Shown here piece by piece: positions 14,001 through 28,699 of a stretch of DNA of 64,000 bases. This stretch comes from Chrysomallon squamiferum (Eukaryota; Animalia; Mollusca): assembly GCA_012295275.1 (NCBI GenBank), contig CM022679.1, forward strand, positions 8,618,001 through 8,682,000, read 5' to 3'. The position numbers and the translations under genes are program-made. Numbering within the stretch: the first letter of the stretch is position 1; every line of letters begins with the position of its first letter. The notes beneath the pieces are model-generated. The model was given only the letters and a program-made list of their open reading frames with translations, searched no databases and had not been told where the DNA came from.

Positions 14001-17000
14001 TAATTTACAGAAATACATGCAGACACTGATTAGTTCTCAGGGCAGTGAGAGCCAGTCGTGTTCTTCATCTAAAGACCACTGCTGTGGTGATGATTCAGAA
14101 TGTTGCAAACTTGACATAAATGCTTTGAAACGAAACCATCCACTGAGAGAATCCTACACTCTGAGTGAGCCATCTCCGGCACTGCTGAGGTCACAGTGTA
14201 GAACAGACAGAGAATCTGATGTTACAGAGAAGCAGGTTCAAGTGAATGATAATACACCTAAGGCAGCTCAGGCAAGAGATAACCAACTGGATGAAGACAG
14301 CCAAATAGAGCTGGTGAGTATTCCCTTGCCTCCAGGACCAGAGCATGATGGAAAAGCTGAGCATATTAACAAGTATCTGGCTCAAATTCAACAACAAAGC
14401 ATGAAAAATGCTGACAAGGTGTCATCAAATTCAAATACAAGACATTACAGTTCAGCTCTGCCACAAAGTCCAGCAGGCAGTATTAGCATGATCCAGTCAC
14501 TCCTACAGAACATGAACTCTCTTCCAGAGAGTCTCACTGAGGAGGAGTTACTGAAAATTCAGGCAAGTCATTTCCAGGTTCTTCAGCAGCAGGTGATTTC
14601 ACAGCAGCAGAAAGAACTCGAGGAACTGTTCATACGACAGAGGAGGGAACAACTCAGTCTTGAAGGTGAAGTTAAAAAACATCAGAAAACACTCCGTGAA
14701 CAACAGGAGTTCCTTGCTGAAAATGCACCAGAAACGTTAAAGAAATCCAAGCTGATGTCTAAAGCTTTTCTTGCTGAAGAACAGATAGTGGCTGAAAACC
14801 TGAACAGTTTCAGTACCACAAATAAAAACCATTCCAAATCAAATCTGTTTGAAAACACAAGTCCAAAAGTGGCAAAAGTCTATCGCCCTGTGGTGAGATC
14901 TCCCACCAAATCAAGACCATTACCAAGACGATCAGGGGTGGTAGTAACTCCTGAAAAGGTAAGGAATCTTTTATACAGTTGTTTTAGTAAATACAAATAA
15001 ACATCTGTTTATATTGTGAAATATTTTTGTATTTGGTTTGTGCAACAAAGAAAACAAACATTGAGAGTTGTCATATAGGAGTATCATAAGATTTGAGTTC
15101 CTGTATAATGTGTTTTTTAAATGTAGTTTATTTCTCCATATTACATAACTAATTTAAACACATTTTAAGTGAGACATCTGTGATCCAAGTAAAAGTGATT
15201 GATTGCAGGTTTATCATCCTCAGATGAAACACAAATTTGAAAAGATCTCGGGTTTAGCAAAAGGATTTCTAACGCGTCGACTCATGCTGTCAGATAAAGT
15301 TCAGGAATTGCTGAAAACTATTCGGGTATTCCTTTATTAAAATTTTTCTTTTTCTTTATTAAGTATTTATTTTTTATTTTTGATGTTTGCTACCGTCAAG
15401 TATCGGTTATATGTTTCAAAAAATTATTTCGGTATAACATCGTTTGTGAACTTTAAAATTGTTTTTAAAACTAAAACCGATTTTAAACTTAAAGTAACTG
15501 AACTATGTAACTTCAACAGATAAAACTGATTTTGAATTTAAATGTTCTGAGAAAAAATTATTAACTTTTAATATCAAAAACTTAAAATACTTATATTTTT
15601 ATATTTTATTATTATTTTATATTTTATTTCTAGCTTGAAAGTTATAGAAGGTATATATTTTACTGCCTAATAATTGGTTTCATTACCAAATTTTACCTGT
15701 TTTTCTTTGTATGTTAAGGATACAAAAGAATTTGCAATAAAGTTTACTACAGAAACTCCAATAAAACAAGGAACTTTATCCAGTCAAGACAAAGAGCTTC
15801 TTGAAAGAATAACAGCACAGGTAACATGAATAACAGAAAAATGTACAATCGTGAAGCATTCTGAAAGTATTTAGAGTGAACTGCTTATTAAAATATCTTT
15901 TAAAGCATTCCACATTATTCTATAGCATGGTATTTCTAAATTAAAATCATTTCATTATCTTTTAGTTTTAATGTTAATTCTGTTTGTTGAAGAATCATTT
16001 AAAATAATTTTTATCAATGAAACATGGTTTTTGGTGTATACATTATTACAGGCCATTTATTATGACACAGTCTGTCATAAGTTATATATCATGAATTATA
16101 TACTATCGGTTATATAACATGAATGATATATCATAACTTAGATATCATGAATTATACTTCATGGGTTATTTACAATGAATTATATATTATTGTTTATATT
16201 ATAAAAAAAGTTGGATGTTGTTGTTGCTTGTATTTCATGAAGTAGATGAATTATAATAACCCTGTTTTGTAGCATTCATTAAAATAAAAATATGTGTATT
16301 TATATTGTTATTATTGTTATTATTATTAGCTGCATGCTGCCAAGCTGGAAATTTATGAGATTTTCTTCTGTCTTACACCCATTGAAAAAATGTCTCTGAT
16401 TGCTAGCACACGTCAAACTCGAGAGTATAAACGACTGAAGGTAATTTTTTATTTTAATTCATTTATTTAATATTCATTTAACTTTTTTCTTTTCATTTTT
16501 TATATATATATATATATTTATTTGTTTGATATTTTTTAATTACTTTTTTTATTTTCATATAAATGGTTTTCTTAAATCATTTTATTTACTTTTAAGATTA
16601 TTTTTCAAAGTTATTTATTTATGATAAAAATATATATAAGTTGTTAAATTCCTGTTTACAACATAGGCATTTTTTCTGATCAACAACTGAAGTGAGACAG
16701 TTTATTGCAATTGTTCTGTTTCATTCCAGCTATTTAGCAACCATTTCACTAAATGTCATAAAACAATGTTTATATCAGTTTTAAGATGAAAAAACAATAT
16801 CATTATTTTAAAGGGATAATGTTAAAAACATTACTAAATATTATTAAAAATAGCCTGACTAGATTTTTGTATTTAATATATTAACTGATTTTATTTATTG
16901 TTGTAACATAAGTTTGATAATAAAATAAAATCTCATCAGAATATGTGAATAGTTTTGCAACATTCCTTTTTTCTTTCTTTTTTTCTTTGTTTGTTAACAT

Positions 17001-17008
17001 GATATTTC

Positions 17009-17072
<64 letters not shown>

Positions 17073-20000
17073 ATAATAATAATAGAAAATAAATAGTAAG
17101 AATAAATTCTGTATATACCAAACTATCTGAAAATTTGGAACAGAAGTTAATTTAGTCAATCATTCCCAAATTATAAAAGCAGTCTATATAGCTACATACA
17201 TACATTTTTTTAATTCTTATTTTTTTTATTTGTTTACTTATTTATTTATTTATTTATTTATATATTTATATATTTATATATTTATTTATTTATTTATTTA
17301 TTTTTATAATTATTTATTTATTTTATTTTTTAATTATTCTTTTTTATTTTGTTCCTATTTAAGAACAGAACTATTTGGTAGTTTAACGAAGGTGTGGTAA
17401 ATTGCATTAGTTTCTTTTATTATTATTTTTTGTTGTTGTTGTTGTTGTTGTTGCAGACAAGTCAGAGCAGCAGTCTGAGGATGCATCGACGTATCAGCAC
17501 AGCCACAATGAAAGCTATCGAGAGGAAGAAGAAAGCTCAGTATCCTTTATAACTCTTCAATAATTTCATATAAAGTGCATTTTAATACAAGAACACTGGA
17601 AAACAAGAATGTGGATATTTCCCTTCATGCCACTAAAGTGACTAAACATTATTACATCGATAGTGATATTATTTTATTTTATAAATTATTTTTAAGTTCA
17701 TATAGCACAAATTCAAATCCAGCAAACAGTCTGTTATACTGTTCAACCTATATAATATATATTATGAAATGAGTATGAATTATTTCTCTGTATTTGCTTT
17801 GCCTATTTTTGTAATTTCAATTCAAAATAATAATAAAAAAAAGAAGAAAAAGGTTATGTAATATAGCTAATGACTAAATTTATCTACATATCACTACTTT
17901 ATCATTTACATTTTCAATTACTATTATATCACAGCACTTGTAAATTCATTTAAGGAAACAGAATTTACATCCTTTATGATTTTAAATCTTTATTAATAAA
18001 TTACTGTTTCAAACACATACAGTAATGTTTAAAAAATTTCCAGTTACTATCATATATATTAAAGATTTCCAGCTAGTTTTTTTCATATTCTCAGACTTAG
18101 ACTATACTGTATATTAAATAAATAAAAGAAAAGAAAAATACTTTTCCACTTGTTAATTTATTTTATTTGACTTTATTTTAAGAGAAATGTTATGTAGACT
18201 TTGAAGAAAACTGTTGTTTAACACTTCATACATTTAAATTACTGAGCTTTTAGCACCTTAACAATTGCCAGAGAAGCAGAAACAGTGTTCGGATCGGGAA
18301 ATACCCGTCCAAAAACTGCTCCACCTAGTACGAGCAGTCCACGCAGTCAGTCGACAGACATCAGGTATTTCTTACATTTTCATAATATTTAGATTATGCC
18401 TGTGTTGTGTGTGTTTGTGTACATATTAATTCTGGTTTAAATTTCATATTTAGATTATGCCTGTACATGTTAATTTTGGTTTAATTTTGATAATGTTTAG
18501 ATTATACCTGTGTTGTTTTGTGTTTTGTGTGTGTGTGTGTAGATGTTAATTCTGTTTTAATTATTGCAGATTATTTGCCAGCAAAAGAAGAGACAATAAA
18601 TCTAAATTATGTCTTTACTGAAATGCTGGTTTTAAATAAACAGATATCCATTACATTAAGCTGGATATTTGTTAAATTAAAACCAGCATTTCAGAGAGAA
18701 CGTAATTTAATTTCAAGCTTTTGTAAACACTAATAATGCTTACTAGTAATGTTGTTTGTTTTCTTCTTTTTTTCTTCTTTCTTTATATTTCTTTTTTTTT
18801 ATTTTCTTTTTTTTTTTTTTTCTTTCTTACTTATAAGAAGATTGATCAAATAACTGAAATTTAACTGGTTTCATATTTTAGTTATTTTTTATTATTATTA
18901 TTAAAATAGGATTTTTAATATTGTTTTTATTTTTGTTTAGAGCACTGAGGCCACTACAAGGTCAGATTTCTCCCATCACAGCTGATGGTTCTACCAGATC
19001 AAGGTTACTTTCTGAATAACTATTTCTAATTGCTAGTTTCCCCACAGATAATTTTATGCACGGTTTAAAAATTTCCATTTTAAAACTGAACTGTCTCATG
19101 TATATGGTTTGAAGTCAAATCTGCCCTGAATTTATACGAAAAATAATGAATTTTCTAATTGAAATATCAAATGTTTATTGTTTGATATTAATATTGCAGT
19201 AATTCTGAATATTACAGTAATAAGTGTATTTGCCTTTAACATATTACATATTGGTAAACTGTTATTTATATATAAAAAAAGATTTTTATTCTTTTCGTAG
19301 AAATGAACAAGATCGACCCAAGACTGCACCAGAAAAGACAGGATTAATACATCATACAAAGTTAAAGAAACCAGACCCAACCAGACCATCTTCTACAAAT
19401 AATAACAACAGCAATGGTAACTTACGACTAGTTTACATTCCAAATCTCTGTTTTTTCAACTTTGGGTTAGAGATCTTTCTTTAAAAAAATAAAAAAAATA
19501 ATAGTAATACATTCACTCACACACACAAACACACACACATAATAATTTTGTTAGTGTTTCCTTTTATTTATTTATTGTTTATTTGTTGGGATCTATCATT
19601 TTGTAACAAAAATCTTATAGGAATGATATACAAAATAGTATGGTTTTTCAAAACAAACAACAAATACCTTAAACATTAAGTTAACATTTAAAGTGTGCCT
19701 GTGCAAGTAGCCTAAATACATTTATGTGTATTTAAACATTGTCACAAAATGAGTCACTTGTGTGAAACATTCAAAAATAAGTTATCAGTAGCAATTAGAA
19801 GAAGAGCATTTTTTGTTTTCTTGATATATCATAAATAGAAGATCCATCAGTTATAGTGGAAGCTATGGCGTGATAAATGCGTTGGGGATCGAAATATGCA
19901 ACCCATGTTGTCAATCTTTGCTAATAATAAAGAATGAAAATAAAAGAAATTCTCAGGAGAAACACATATAAAGTTCAGATTTTCTCTACTGATTTAAACT

Positions 20001-20161
20001 GCATTGTTTGGTAGTATTTTAATTATGTTTGTTAATTCGTGCCTTCCTTTTCTCTGCATGCAGGCAAGCAAAACAAGCCAACAACAGGTGGAATATCAAC
20101 CAAGTCTAAAGTAGCACCAGTCACAAAGCTTAAAAGTAAACCTGGTAAAGCATGGAGATAA
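8084..20161 (+). CDS. CCP110: Centriolar coiled-coil protein CP110, ~12 coding exons, ~1117 aa
   Basis: Exons: (8084-8086, ATG only, tentative), 11724-11879, 12062-12190, 12676-14958, 15209-15325, 15719-15820, 16330-16440, 17457-17539, 18272-18364, 18941-19003, 19301-19416, 20064-20161; all phases compatible. The N-terminal SCIRFNGIPILPPV|MTAKKRDEMQ matches CP110 SLIRFHGVAILSPLL..KRKEMQ. The C-terminal KFEKISGLAKGFLTRRLM...QDKELLERITAQLHAA..EIFF...ISTATMKAIERKK matches the CP110 IQ-like region. There is one long S/T-rich central exon, as in vertebrate CP110. If the ATG-only exon is not used, the start is 11727. Confidence 0.92.
17011..17063. repeat. (AT)n microsatellite
   Basis: Direct observation. 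Confidence 0.95.
18385..18560. repeat. Three degenerate ~50-60 bp tandem repeats in a CP110 intron
   Basis: TTTAGATTAT(G/A)CCTGT...TTAATT(C/T)TG(G/T)TTTAA recurs three times. Confidence 0.6.
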
Positions 20162-22249
20162 CACAGATTAAAAGATGTATATATATATATAAACTATAAT
20201 CCAAGATCAATGGATTATTGAGAACCAGTATTAAGATTGTCAAATACATTAAATTCAACAGAAAGATGAAGGAAAAAAAAAGGAAGATTTTGTTTTTTTT
20301 ATTTTTTATTACTATTTACACACAGTTTGTATAATGTTCTTCATTTGTTCTACATTATTTGTGAAAAAGATTAGTCAGTGGATGTGATTTTGTATCTTTA
20401 ATGTTCATTTAGTTGTTAGCTGGCTATCTAAGTAACAGAAGTTGAGAATCAGTTACTTTACAACAGAAATCTTTTTTTTCTTTCTTTTTGTCGTTTTACT
20501 AATTAGTGTCAGAAATTATCCTGTTGCAAAAAGGAAGAATAAATTATTTATTTTGAAATACTGTGTTCCATTTTTAATTTATTTTTTAATCTTTATTTTT
20601 TTTTAAATTTTAAAAGTTTTATTTTCCATTATTGTGCTGTTTATATTTTCACTGAACAGCCAGTTTTAACAGCCAGTTTTTGCAATATATTTGATATGGT
20701 AGAATGATGATATATTCTAAAATTTCCATTATCATTCAGTGGTTAATAAAAGTTGCTTCCATTAAATAAACAACAAACATTTCCATGAGGTTTTGTTCAT
20801 AAACATCATTATAGATTATGTTAAAATATCCAAGTAATAATAAAAAAGCATATTAAATGAGTGAATTCATTACATTAAATGGAACCTTTTGACTAATTTC
20901 AGTGTATCATATTAGAAAAGTTTCCACTTCCAAGATAAAAAAAAACCCAACAGATTGTTTTTTCCTCAAAGTATCCATAAAAAGATTTTTTAATTCAGTT
21001 AGAAATATCTTGCTTACAAAGTAATTCCGTTCTACAAATTGTTTATAGATCATAAAGTAAGAAAAAACTTAAGTTAATTGAAATAATGGAATACTTGTAG
21101 TCAGTGTCAGCTTACCATCATATAATATTCACCTAATGTAGTTGGTAAAACTGAAAAATAAACTCAATAAATCATTAAGATGCACAAATAACAAAGCCAT
21201 AAACTGGAAAAATACAAATCTTTTATTTAAAATTTAATTTTCAAATTTGATTTAATTGCTAAAACATATATATATTTTTTATCACGATTTCTAATAATTA
21301 TTAAACAAATTTTTTAAAAATAAACAATGAGATAATTAATATTTACCATTTATTAATATTTCAATCAAATATTTTTTTCTAATTTGTTATTTTAAGTTAT
21401 TTTTGGCCATGCCCATTTTAGGATCATCCTGCTATTTGCATTTAATAATTAATGAATTAATAAATATGTCATTTGAATAGTATTGATAGAATGTAAAATT
21501 ATCATATCCAAAGATCAGAAATTAAAATTTAGTTGTAATATTTCCTGGATTAATATTGTAAAGTTAATATTACTGTTATACAATAATGATAACAATTATA
21601 TATATATAATGCACATTCACATATATTATTGTATTTTGAAAACAATCACTGTTAAAATAATCTGTTACAACATGGCAATAATGTGCCTAAATATTTTATT
21701 TAAATTGTTATTAATTAATATTTTCTCTTATAAAACATAATTTTAAAATCAAAGCAGATGTTTTGTTTTCAAAATTTAAATTTTCTGTAATCTGTTCAGA
21801 GTAGTACTGCGATTTTACATTAATTAATTATACATTAAAGAAATTAATGACAGCACATTTAAGGATAACGCTAACACTTGTATTTTCTATAAAGTTCCAA
21901 AACATTCAGTTATGCTATCTTGTTTAAACAATAAATTTAGTATCTGTTTTTTGATATTTAACAACAGTTATTAGTGGCAGAAAAAAGTAAACAAATAAAA
22001 ATATGCAATATAATATATAGATATATGTATATATGTATACGTGTATATATAAGTCACTGCGATTCATAATTCATTCAGATTTACTGCAGAAGCATGGAAA
22101 TAAGTGTTGACTCTTGGTAAGAAGTGGTAAATAACAATGGAAAATACATTATTGATTAAATTACATCTTGTTATCAATTAAGCTTAAGTTTTCTTCTCTG
22201 TAAGGATTAAATTTAATTTAACCGCAATGACTTATTCCTCAACCCAATA

Positions 22250-25200
22250 CATAAACATACAAATTATCTGGTATGATACAAAATGTTATAAAGTACTTTA
22301 ATAATATAAACTAAGAAAAAACCTAAAAGAAATTAACAAGAATTATGTGACTTACTATTGAACATTATACAATTAACACACATATAAAAAGAATGACATC
22401 ATCAAATTCTATTTTAATCAAGAAATATTTCAAATATTACAAACCAAAGTATCAAAGTTATATAAAAGGACATTATTTTCTTTTATCATTTATAAAGCAT
22501 ATACCAAAATGGTACAGTACCACTGGGGCATTTCGCAGTCTGTGTTTATTTTCAAAACACAAGCAACATTTATATGAACTATACCAAAATTATACATTAA
22601 AGAAGAAACAGAAATTAATGACATCACATTTAAGGATAACAATAAAAACTGTATTTTCTTTAAAGTGCCATAATATTCATTTATTTTATTTTGTTTAAAC
22701 AATAAATCCAGTATCTGGATTATGATATTTAACATCAATTATGAGTGGCACAAAAAGTAAACAAACACACACACACACATTATTTAGTATGAATTTAACA
22801 GAAATTAAATTAAATTAGTTATTTTTAGGAACACCGTAGTTGCAGAAATTCATATTAATATTTGTATTTGTATATGTATAATTTACTTATATATCATATT
22901 TTTAATCACTTCATTTTAAATTAAACTCTTAGTATTCAGTTTGAACTGAACCTAATATCCTGCAGGAATTAATAATCACATATACAGCAATATTTACTTT
23001 TAACATTAAACAAATATAAAAAGTTTGAAACAAAAGAAAGCCATGTTATGAAATGCGACTATAAATTGAAAGTAAATATAAATATATCAAAAATAAGTTT
23101 CAAATTATACATTTATTTATAAGAAACCTAATTTGTTATAAAATATTATAAACTACTTTAATAAAATGAACTATGATAAAAGATTCTTTTTTTTTTTAAA
23201 AACCAACAAGAATTATATGATTTAGTATTGAATATTATATAATTAAAACACATTTACGTACAAAAAGAATAACATCATCAAATTCTATTTTAATCAAGAA
23301 ATATTTCAAATATTACAAATAAAAGTATCAAAGTCATATAAAAGGACATTATTTTCTTTTATCATTTATAAAGCATATACCAAAATGGTACAGTACCACT
23401 GGGGCACACATATAAAAAAGAATGACATCATCAAATTCTATTTTTAATCAAGAAATATTTCAAATATTTCAAAGTTATATAAAAGGACATTATTTTTTTT
23501 TTATCAGTCTGTGTTTATTTTCAAAACACAAGCAACATTTATATGAACTATACCAAAATTATACATTAAAGAAGAAACAGAAATTAATGACATCACATTT
23601 AAGGATAACAATAAAAACTGTATTTTCTTTAAAGTGCCATAACATTCATTTATTTTATTTTGTTTAAACAATAAATCCAGTATCTGGATTATGATATTTA
23701 ACATCAATTATGAGTGGCACAAAAAGTAAACAAACACACACACACATTATTTAGTATGAATTTAACAGAAATTAAATTAAATTAGTTATTTTTAGGAACA
23801 CCGTAGTTGCAGAAATTCATATTAATATTTGTATTTGTATATGTATAATTTACTTATATATCATATTTTTAATCACTTCATTTTAAATTAAACTCTTAGT
23901 ATTCAGTTTGAACTGAACCTAATATCCTGCAGGAATTAATAATCACATATACAGCAATATTTACTTTTAACATTAAAAAAATATAAAAGTTTGAAACAAA
24001 AAAGAAAGCCATGTTATGAAATGCGACTATAAATTGAAAGTAAATATAAATATATCAAAAATAAGTTTCAAATTATACATTTATTTATAAGAAACCTAAT
24101 TTGTTATAAAATATTATAAACTACTTTAATAAAATGAACTATGATAAAAGATTCTTTTTTTTTAAAAAACCAACAAGAATTATATGATTTAGTATTGAAC
24201 ATTATATAATTAAAACACATTTACGCATTAAAAAAGAATAACATCATCAAATTCTATTTTAATCAAGAAATATTTCAAATATTACAAATCAAAGTATCAA
24301 AGTCATATAAAAGGACATTATTTTCTTTTATCATTTATAAAGCATATACCAAAATGGTACAGTACCACTGGGGCATTTCGCAGTCTGTGTTTATTTTCAA
24401 AACACAAGCAACATTTATATGAACTATACCAAAATTATACATTAAAGAAGAAACAGAAATTAATGACATCACATTTAAGGATAACAATAAAAACTGTATT
24501 TTCTTTAAAGTGCCATAACATTCATTTATTTTATTTTGTTTAAACAATAAATCCAGTATCTGGATTATGATATTTAACATCAATTATGAGTGGCACAAAA
24601 AGTAAACAAACACACACACACATTATTTAGTATGAATTTAACAGAAATTAAATTAAATTAGTTATTTTTAGGAACACCGTAGTTGCAGAAATTCATATTA
24701 ATATTTGTATTTGTATATGTATAATTTACTTATATATCATATTTTTAATCACTTCATTTTAAATTAAACTCTTAGTATTCAGTTTGAACTGAACCTAATA
24801 TCCTGCAGGAATTAATAATCACATATACAGCAATATTTACTTTTAACATTAAAAAAATATAAAAAGTTTGAAACAAAAGAAAGCCATGTTATGAAATGCG
24901 ACTATAAATTGAAAGTAAATATAAATATATCAAAAATAAGTTTCAAATTATACATTTATTTATAAGAAACCTAATTTGTTATAAAATATTATAAACTACT
25001 TTAATAAAATGAACTATGATAAAAGATTCTTTTTTTTTTTAAAAACCAACAAGAATTATATGATTTAGTATTGAATATTATATAATTAAAACACATTTAC
25101 ATTAAAAAAGAATAACATCATCAAATTCTATTTTAATCAAGAAATATTTCAAATATTACAAATCAAAGTATCAAAGTCATATAAAAGGACATTATTTTCT

Positions 25201-27870
25201 TTTATCATTTATAAAGCATATACCAAAATGGTACAGTACCACTGGGGCATTTTAGCAGTCTGTGTTTATTTTCAAAACACAAGCAACATTTATATGAACT
25301 ATACCAAAATTATACATTAAAGAAGAAACAGAAATTAATGACATCACATTTAAGGATAACAATAAAAACTGTATTTTCTTTAAAGTGCCATAACATTCAT
25401 TTATTTTATTTTGTTTAAACAATAAATCCAGTATCTGGATTATGATATTTAACATCAATTATGAGTGGCACAAAAAGTAAACAAACACACACACACATTA
25501 TTTAGTATGAATTTAACAGAAATTAAATTAAATTAGTTATTTTTAGGAACACCAGTAGTTGCAGAAATTCATATTAATATTTGTATTTGTATATGTATAA
25601 TTTACTTATATATCATATTTTTAATCACTTCATTTTAAATTAAACTCTTAGTATTCAGTTTGAACTGAACCTAATATCCTGCAGGAATTAATAATCACAT
25701 ATACAGCAATATTTACTTTTAACATTAAAAAAATATAAAAAGTTTGAAACAAAAGAAAGCCATGTTATGAAATGCGACTATAAATTGAAAGTAAATATAA
25801 ATATATCAAAAATAAGTTTCAAATTATACATTTATTTATAAGAAACCTAATTTGTTATAAAATATTATAAACTACTTTAATAAAATGAACTATGATAAAA
25901 GATTCTTTTTTTTTAAAAAACCAACAAGAATTATATGATTTAGTATTGAACATTATATAATTAAAACACATTTACGTACAAAAAGAATAACATCATCAAA
26001 TTCTATTTTAATCAAGAAATATTTCAAATATTACAAATCAAAGTATCAAAGTCATATAAAAGGACATTATTTTCTTTTATCATTTATAAAGCATATACCA
26101 AAATGGTACAGTACCACTGGGGCATTTCGCAGTCTGTGTTTATTTTCAAAACACAAGCAACATTTATATGAACTATACCAAAATTATACATTAAAGAAGA
26201 AACAGAAATTAATGACATCACATTTAAGGATAACAATAAAAACTGTATTTTCTTTAAAGTGCCATAACATTCATTTATTTTATTTTGTTTAAACAATAAA
26301 TCCAGTATCTGGATTATGATATTTAACATCAATTATGAGTGGCACAAAAAGTAAACAAACACACACACACATTATTTAGTATGAATTTAACAGAAATTAA
26401 ATTAAATTAGTTATTTTTAGGAACACCGTAGTTGCAGAAATTCATATTAATATTTGTATTTGTATATGTATAATTTACTTATATATCATATTTTTAATCA
26501 CTTCATTTTAAATTAAACTCTTAGTATTCAGTTTGAACTGAACCTAATATCCTGCAGGAATTAATAATCACATATACAGCAATATTTACTTTTAACATTA
26601 AAAAAATATAAAAAGTTTGAAACAAAAGAAAGCCATGTTATGAAATGCGACTATAAATTGAAAGTAAATATAAATATATCAAAAATAAGTTTCAAATTAT
26701 ACATTTATTTATAAGAAACCTAATTTGTTATAAAATATTATAAACTACTTTAATAAAATGAACTATGATAAAAGATTCTTTTTTTTTTTAAAAACCAACA
26801 AGAATTATATGATTTAGTATTGAATATTATATAATTAAAACACATTTACGTACAAAAAGAATAACATCATCAAATTCTATTTTAATCAAGAAATATTTCA
26901 AATATTACAAATCAAAGTATCAAAGTCATATAAAAGGACATTATTTTCTTTTATCATTTATAAAGCATATACCAAAATGGTACAGTACCACTGGGGCATT
27001 TCGCAGTCTGTGTTTATTTTCAAAACACAAGCAACATTTATATGAACTATACCAAAATTATACATTAAAGAAGAAACAGAAATTAATGACATCACATTTA
27101 AGGATAACAATAAAAACTGTATTTTCTTTAAAGTGCCATAACATTCATTTATTTTATTTTGTTTAAACAATAAATCCAGTATCTGGATTATGATATTTAA
27201 CATCAATTATGAGTGGCACAAAAAGTAAACAAACACACACACACATTATTTAGTATGAATTTAACAGAAATTAAATTAAATTAGTTATTTTTAGGAACAC
27301 CGTAGTTGCAGAAATTCATATTAATATTTGTATTTGTATATGTATAATTTACTTATATATCATATTTTTAATCACTTCATTTTAAATTAAACTCTTAGTA
27401 TTCAGTTTGAACTGAACCTAATATCCTGCAGGAATTAATAATCACATATACAGCAATATTTACTTTTAACATTAAAAAAATATAAAAAGTTTGAAACAAA
27501 AGAAAGCCATGTTATGAAATGCGACTATAAATTGAAAGTAAATATAAATATATCAAAAATAAGTTTCAAATTATACATTTATTTATAAGAAACCTAATTT
27601 GTTATAAAATATTATAAACTACTTTAATAAAATGAACTATGATAAAAGATTCTTTTTTTTTAAAAAACCAACAAGAATTATATGATTTAGTATTGAACAT
27701 TATATAATTAAAACACATTTACGTACAAAAAGAATAACATCATCAAATTCTATTTTAATCAAGAAATATTTCAAATATTACAAATCAAAGTATCAAAGTC
27801 ATATAAAAGGACATTATTTTCTTTTATCATTTATAAAGCATATTTCCAAACTGTACGGTACCAGTGAGTC
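22250..27870. repeat. Tandem array of ~874-bp units (~6.4 copies, near-identical)
   Basis: The same spurious ORF starts at 22738, 23707, 24583, 25458, 26332 and 27206 (spacings 969, 876, 875, 874, 874). The first interval carries an extra partial duplication near 23270-23500. Copies at both edges are diverged. Confidence 0.97.
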
Positions 27871-28319
27871 TGTGTTATTTTCACACAGTATATGAATATG
27901 AATTATAATGAGATAAATTATACATCTAAACAGTATTTATGAACTTTACAAATTACAATACTGATATAAAAATACAGTCGTTATATATACAAAAAGGGAG
28001 AGAAAAATCATTAATCAAATATCAAATGTTTCTCTAATGTTATCAAAGAAGTCATATCAGTGATATGATGTTATAATTTTCCACAACATTCCATTTTTAA
28101 ATCTTAAATTCCTTTTAATTATAAAAATACAATACAAATGACATTAAGAAAAGTATTAATACTTGTTCCATACAAAAATTCTATCTCTTATATTTTAAGT
28201 AGCCCATATTATTATTATACAGTGGGTTATTATTACTATTGTTTTTTTTTTTGTTTTTTTTTTGTATTTTTGGCAAATATTTATAGTGTATGCAGTTATA
28301 TTGTTCTCATACTTAAAAA

Positions 28320-28655
28320 ATAATATATGAAATGTTATTTATTTGATGTATAACACAATAACATTAAGTCTGCTTTTATTATATATACAAAACTACCTGC
28401 AAATAGGTAAGTCATATAATACTAATATGAATGTAAGTGTCTGCTCATTCAAGTGTTTATAAATATGATAAATGAATGAATTTTATTGTTTATTAAAGTG
28501 ACATGCAAAATAAAAGCTTGACATAAAACATTATTTACATAAAATGATCTTGTCCTCTAGCCAAAGACTGTTCATGAGATATAAAACATAATACATATAC
28601 AGAAAAAGAAAATCAATTAATAATTACAGTCACATTTAAAACAGTGAAAGAATCT

Positions 28656-28699
<44 letters not shown>

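Noticed and set aside
22393-27206. Repeated 67-101 aa ORFs (MMLNIIIQ..., MTSSNSI...) in the 874-bp array
   Set aside because: AT-rich chance ORFs reiterated by the repeat. They have non-ATG starts or variable truncation, and no splice or codon signal.
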